A stretch of 48,490 nt of DNA from an uncultured Bacilli bacterium (GTDB lineage: Bacteria; Bacillota_I; Bacilli_A; RF39; UBA660): assembly GCA_947629475.1 (NCBI GenBank), contig CANRDV010000002.1, forward strand, positions 1 through 48,490, read 5' to 3'. Shown one piece after another: positions 45,074-48,490 of the stretch. Under the pieces are notes generated by a model. It worked only from the letters and a program-made list of their open reading frames with translations, had not been told where the DNA came from and did not search any database. Positions within the stretch are counted from its first letter, which is position 1. Every line of letters begins with the position of its first letter. Both the position numbers and the translations under genes were made by a program.

Positions 45074-45734
45074 CTTTAGAATTTAAACTATCTATATTGA
45101 AATATACATCATTAGCTATTTTCGAATAAATATAGTTATCAACTACATAATCTTTTTTTTCTTCTTTATCAGGTAATAACTTAATTGCATTAATTATTGT
45201 ATCAATAGTTTTAACATTTAAAATAAATAAATTACTATTACCAATTTCTTTTAAACTTTTATTTATTTCTTTCTTATAATAACTAAAATCATTACCAATA
45301 TCAGAATACCTACTAAAAATTATTTCTAATAATCCATTTATATTTTGATATATTTCTTGAGTTACTATATATTTTACTCCATCTATTATTTGAATAGTAA
45401 CTTTAATAAGAGAATCTCCTGCTACTTTATAAAATTCTAATTCATTATCTTTAATTTCAAAAACATTATTAAACATCTCCATACCAAGACTTTCTTCAAC
45501 AATTGTTTCTCTACTTAAAGACTTTGAAATAAGAGAATATTCTAATGAACTAGTAATTTTTCTATCAGATAACCAAAGTCCATATTCTAAAGTACTAGGG
45601 TCTCTTAATCCTTCAACCATTTGTCCTTCTAATAAATTAAACTCTGAAATAATATTATTTGCATCTTCCCTTAAATTTTTATTATCACATCTTGATAATA
45701 ATCTTGTAATATAATAATTCCAATCAAATTTCAT
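45060..45734 (-). CDS. Hypothetical protein of about 224 aa
   Basis: The likely start is MKFDWNYY at 45734, behind GAGGTG. I recognised no motif. Confidence 0.5.
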   Translation of the reverse strand: MKFDWNYYITRLLSRCDNKNLREDANNIISEFNLLEGQMVEGLRDPSTLEYGLWLSDRKITSSLEYSLISKSLSRETIVEESLGMEMFNNVFEIKDNELEFYKVAGDSLIKVTIQIIDGVKYIVTQEIYQNINGLLEIIFSRYSDIGNDFSYYKKEINKSLKEIGNSNLFILNVKTIDTIINAIKLLPDKEEKKDYVVDNYIYSKIANDVYFNIDSLNSKVKKK

Positions 45735-45789
45735 ACCAACACCTCGAGGTATTATTTTAACACAATTTATCAAAAAATCAACAAAAAAA

Positions 45790-45823
45790 TTAAAAAAAGA
45801 AGATAATTTTTCAACTATCTTCT
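45790..45823 (-). terminator. rplL terminator
   Basis: The stem agaagata / tatcttct (45798-45805 and 45816-45823) is followed by UUUUUU on the minus strand. Confidence 0.6.
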
Positions 45824-45837
45824 AAAAATTAATTCTA

Positions 45838-46215
45838 TTATTTAACTTCAACTTCAGCGCCAGCTTCTTCTAACTTAGCTTTAATTTCATTAGCTTCAGC
45901 AACTGGAATGTTTTCTTTAACAGCACCACCATTATCAGCGATATCCTTAGACTCTTTTAATCCAAGTCCAGTGATTTCTTTGATAAGTTTGATTACATTA
46001 ACTTTTGCTGCTCCAGCATTTACTAAGTTAACTGTAACTGTTGATGGTCCGTCATTTGCTGCATCTCCTGCGCCAGCTTGAACTGGTGCTGCTACAGCAA
46101 CACTTGATGGGTCAACACCAAATTCCTCCTTCATTGCATCAACTAATTCTTTGATTTCTAAAAGATTCATTTCTTTTAGAGCACTAATAAATTCATCTCT
46201 TGTTAATTTAGCCAT
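45838..46215 (-). CDS. rplL: 50S ribosomal protein L7/L12
   Basis: The full-length pattern includes an Ala-rich hinge and C-terminal KLIKEITGLGLKESKD. Confidence 0.95.
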   Translation of the reverse strand: MAKLTRDEFISALKEMNLLEIKELVDAMKEEFGVDPSSVAVAAPVQAGAGDAANDGPSTVTVNLVNAGAAKVNVIKLIKEITGLGLKESKDIADNGGAVKENIPVAEANEIKAKLEEAGAEVEVK

Positions 46216-46233
46216 AATTTTCTCTCCTCCTTA

Positions 46234-46731
46234 TTAATTATTTTCTTCTAATTGTTTAGAATATAAATCTAAACAAATTGCTAAATCTTTTGGTATAGCA
46301 AGCATACCACCTGCAAGCATTGTAAGTAAACCGTCTCTTGATGGAATAGTAGCAAGTTTCTCTAAAGTTTCTTTAGGGGTTACTTCATTATCAACTAATC
46401 CAACTTTTAATTCAACTGCTTGATGAGTTTTCATAAAGTCAGCCAAAACTTTAATTGGAGCAATTTGATCTTTACTAAAAGCAACAGCTGTTGGACCTTC
46501 TAGATGTTCATCAATAGAAATGTTCAAGTCATGCATAGCTCTTGCAATCAAAGTATTCTTATAAACTTTATATGTACTTTCTACATCTCTAAGTTTACCA
46601 CGTAATTCTTTGATTTCAGAATCAGTAAGACCACGATAATCAAATAAAACAACACTACTAGCATCTTCAACTTTTTGTTTAATCTCATCAATTACTTGTT
46701 GTTTTTCTTGTAATATCTTAGGATTTGCCAT
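46234..46731 (-). CDS. rplJ: 50S ribosomal protein L10
   Basis: The L10 pattern is present and the gene sits upstream of rplL. Confidence 0.9.
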   Translation of the reverse strand: MANPKILQEKQQVIDEIKQKVEDASSVVLFDYRGLTDSEIKELRGKLRDVESTYKVYKNTLIARAMHDLNISIDEHLEGPTAVAFSKDQIAPIKVLADFMKTHQAVELKVGLVDNEVTPKETLEKLATIPSRDGLLTMLAGGMLAIPKDLAICLDLYSKQLEENN

Positions 46732-46895
46732 TTTTTCCTCCTTTATTAAATTTATTAAATGTCATGCAAGGAAAAAGTCCTTATATAAGGACTTTAAATA
46801 ACTTTATCTTATTTATAGTCCTCGGTAGGATTTACTAATTACCTACTGTCTTTGGCACCACATCAATAAACTTATACTATTATAACACAATATTT
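46732..46895 (-). promoter_or_regulatory. L10 (rplJL) leader with an internal terminator-like hairpin
   Basis: This is a 164-nt untranslated gap. On the minus strand the hairpin aaagtcctt-atat-aaggacttt (about 46772-46793) is followed by UUUUCC. A GC-richer helix lies around 46820-46860. The arrangement is consistent with attenuation-type L10 leaders of Firmicutes. Confidence 0.5.
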
Positions 46896-47591
46896 TTATT
46901 TGTCAAATGAATTTATGTTAATTTTTATTCCAGGACCCATTGTTCCAGATATACTTATGTTCTTAACATAATCACCTTTAACAGTTGCAGGTTTAAGTTT
47001 TAGAATAGTTCCTACAAAACTATTTAAGTTCTCAAGAAGTTTTTCTTCTTCAAAACTAGCTTTTCCAATAACACCATGAACATTACCAAAACTATCTGTT
47101 CTAAATTCAACACGTCCAGATTTAACATCTTTAACGGCTTTAGCAACATCAGTTGTAACAGTTCCAGTCTTTGGATTTGGCATTAAACCTTTAGGTCCTA
47201 AAACTCTACCTAATTTACCAAGAAGTGGCATAGTTTCTGGAGTTGCAATTAAAGTATCAAAATCGAACCAGTTTTCTTTTTCGATTTTTTCAATCATATC
47301 CATGTCTCCTACATAGTCAGCTCCAGCTTCTTTAGCAGCTTTAGCTTGGTCCCCCTTAGCAATTACTAAAACTTTTTTAGTTTTACCAGTTCCATTTGGA
47401 AGAACAATAGCTCCTCTTAATTGTTGGTCAGCTTTCTTAGTATCAAGATTTAAATACATTGCAACTTCAATTGTTGCATCAAACTTAGCATTTGATGTTT
47501 CCTTAACTAACTTAATAGCTTCTTCTTTAGTATATAACTTTCCTTTTTCTAACTTTGTTAAAGCTTCGTTATATCTTTTTCCTCTTTTCAT
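46896..47591 (-). CDS. rplA: 50S ribosomal protein L1
   Basis: Full-length L1 pattern (MKRGKRY...[13 protein letters not shown]...). Confidence 0.95.
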   Translation of the reverse strand: MKRGKRYNEALTKLEKGKLYTKEEAIKLVKETSNAKFDATIEVAMYLNLDTKKADQQLRGAIVLPNGTGKTKKVLVIAKGDQAKAAKEAGADYVGDMDMIEKIEKENWFDFDTLIATPETMPLLGKLGRVLGPKGLMPNPKTGTVTTDVAKAVKDVKSGRVEFRTDSFGNVHGVIGKASFEEEKLLENLNSFVGTILKLKPATVKGDYVKNISISGTMGPGIKININSFDK

Positions 47592-47649
47592 ATTTACCTC
47601 CTTGTGGTTTTAGCGGACTTTAATCCTTCCACATAGGTTTCCCTATATG

Positions 47650-48072
47650 TTATTTAATTTCAATTCCCATATTAAGTGCTGTTCCTTTAACTGTTTTAAT
47701 TGCAGCTTCAAGGTCATTAGCATTTAAATCTGGTAATTTAATTGTAGCAATCTCTTTTACTTGGTCTTCTGTTAAAGAACCAACTATTTCATTTCTTCCT
47801 TTAACAGAACCCTTTTGTACTTTAGCATACTTTTTAATTAAGTAAGCTGTAGGTGGAGTTTTAATAACAAAGTCAAAACTTCTATCATCATAAATAGTAA
47901 TTTCAACGGGTGCTATATCTCCCATCTTATCTCTAGTTGCATCATTATACTTAGTACAAAATTCTTGTAAGTTAATTCCAGCAGGTCCTAAAACAGTACC
48001 AACTGGTGGAGCAGGGTTAGCTTTTCCTGCTTCAATTTCAAGTTTAACTTTCTTTACAATCTCTTTTGCCAT
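47650..48072 (-). CDS. rplK: 50S ribosomal protein L11
   Basis: Full-length L11 pattern (AKEIVKKVKLEIEAGKANPAPPVGTVLGPAGIN...). Confidence 0.95.
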   Translation of the reverse strand: MAKEIVKKVKLEIEAGKANPAPPVGTVLGPAGINLQEFCTKYNDATRDKMGDIAPVEITIYDDRSFDFVIKTPPTAYLIKKYAKVQKGSVKGRNEIVGSLTEDQVKEIATIKLPDLNANDLEAAIKTVKGTALNMGIEIK

Positions 48073-48197
48073 TATAACACTTCCTTTCTTAATTTCTTAG
48101 AAGCGAGTGGTCCAAATGGTTAACTTTGTCCGCTTAATAATTAAGTTAAGACATTTCCCTCCCACTAAAACTATATCAATCAAATATAGCATTACAA

Positions 48198-48226
48198 ATA
48201 ATACCATGATTTTTCTTAAAAATCAA
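48198..48226 (-). promoter_or_regulatory. rplKA promoter
   Basis: On the minus strand the -35 is TTGATT (48221-48226), the spacer is 17 bp and the -10 is TATTAT (48198-48203). This gives a leader of about 118 nt. Confidence 0.45.
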
Positions 48227-48426
48227 GTATTTTTTACTTTTGTTAATCTTTTTTTAAAATTATACCTTATCATTAGTTAAAATTATACCTAAGTTTTTGT
48301 TCATTTAATGTCTATTTAATATCTTTTGCAAAGATTAGCCAATACAATTCAACAAGACTTAACAAAAATGAAAACAAATATCAAAAACAATTATAACAAG
48401 TTTTAAAAGAATAAGATGAAAGATTA

Positions 48427-48471
48427 AAAGCAAGGGCGAGCAAAGCGAGTTTATCTTGACCCTTGCTTTTT
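48427..48471. terminator. Bidirectional terminator-like hairpin
   Basis: The stem aaagcaaggg / cccttgcttt is 10 bp, with T runs on both strands. Confidence 0.5.
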
Positions 48472-48490
48472 AGATTTCATCATTTACAAT

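Noticed and set aside
1-48490. An alternative genetic code (TGA as Trp, Mollicutes-like), considered because of the extreme AT content.
   Set aside because: At least one well-defined gene ends on TGA (the 562-aa ORF at 37511-37513). Conserved proteins such as L1, L11, MurA and PrfA are full length under the standard bacterial code. The sporulation genes argue for a walled Firmicute.

Overview
This is a very AT-rich, Firmicutes-type chromosomal segment, apparently from a spore-former (spoIIR, gerQ and a SpoIIQ-like gene are present). Nearly all genes lie on the minus strand and TGA acts as a stop codon. I found no tRNA, rRNA or CRISPR array.

The window has two parts.

(1) Positions 1-24,976 are a mosaic accessory region. 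It carries three insertion sequences: a degenerate IS21-like element, an IS481-like element and a complete ISL3 element. It also has a HipA-like kinase operon, an AbiEi/AbiEii type IV toxin-antitoxin operon extended by three extra genes, three NUDIX hydrolases, and a kinase/glycosyltransferase/kinase/NUDIX/HelD operon. A trpS-GNAT-ABC-F string is followed by a disrupted tyrosine phosphatase gene, and several repeat families are scattered through the region.

(2) Positions 25,005-48,490 are conserved core. The genes are a SpoIIQ-like gene, rpiB, rpmE, murA, fba, spoIIR, prmC, prfA, rpoE, a class A PBP, pduL, gerQ, cdaA-cdaR and rplK-rplA-rplJ-rplL. This core is interrupted by a 3.3-kb islet (35,640-38,968) bounded by a perfect 22-bp direct repeat. 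The islet encodes an internally duplicated 562-aa protein and a second AbiE-like pair.

The most interesting unexplained signals are:
- a gene-precise, roughly 96% identical UPF0158 cassette reused in two different toxin-led operons;
- a double-hairpin repeat module whose stems show compensatory changes;
- a five-fold 34-bp subterminal array in the ISL3 element;
- a promoter-to-terminator unit with a 36-bp tandem repeat upstream of rpmE;
- the direct-repeat-bounded islet.

All protein family calls come from motif recognition by eye on the supplied translations. No database search was run.
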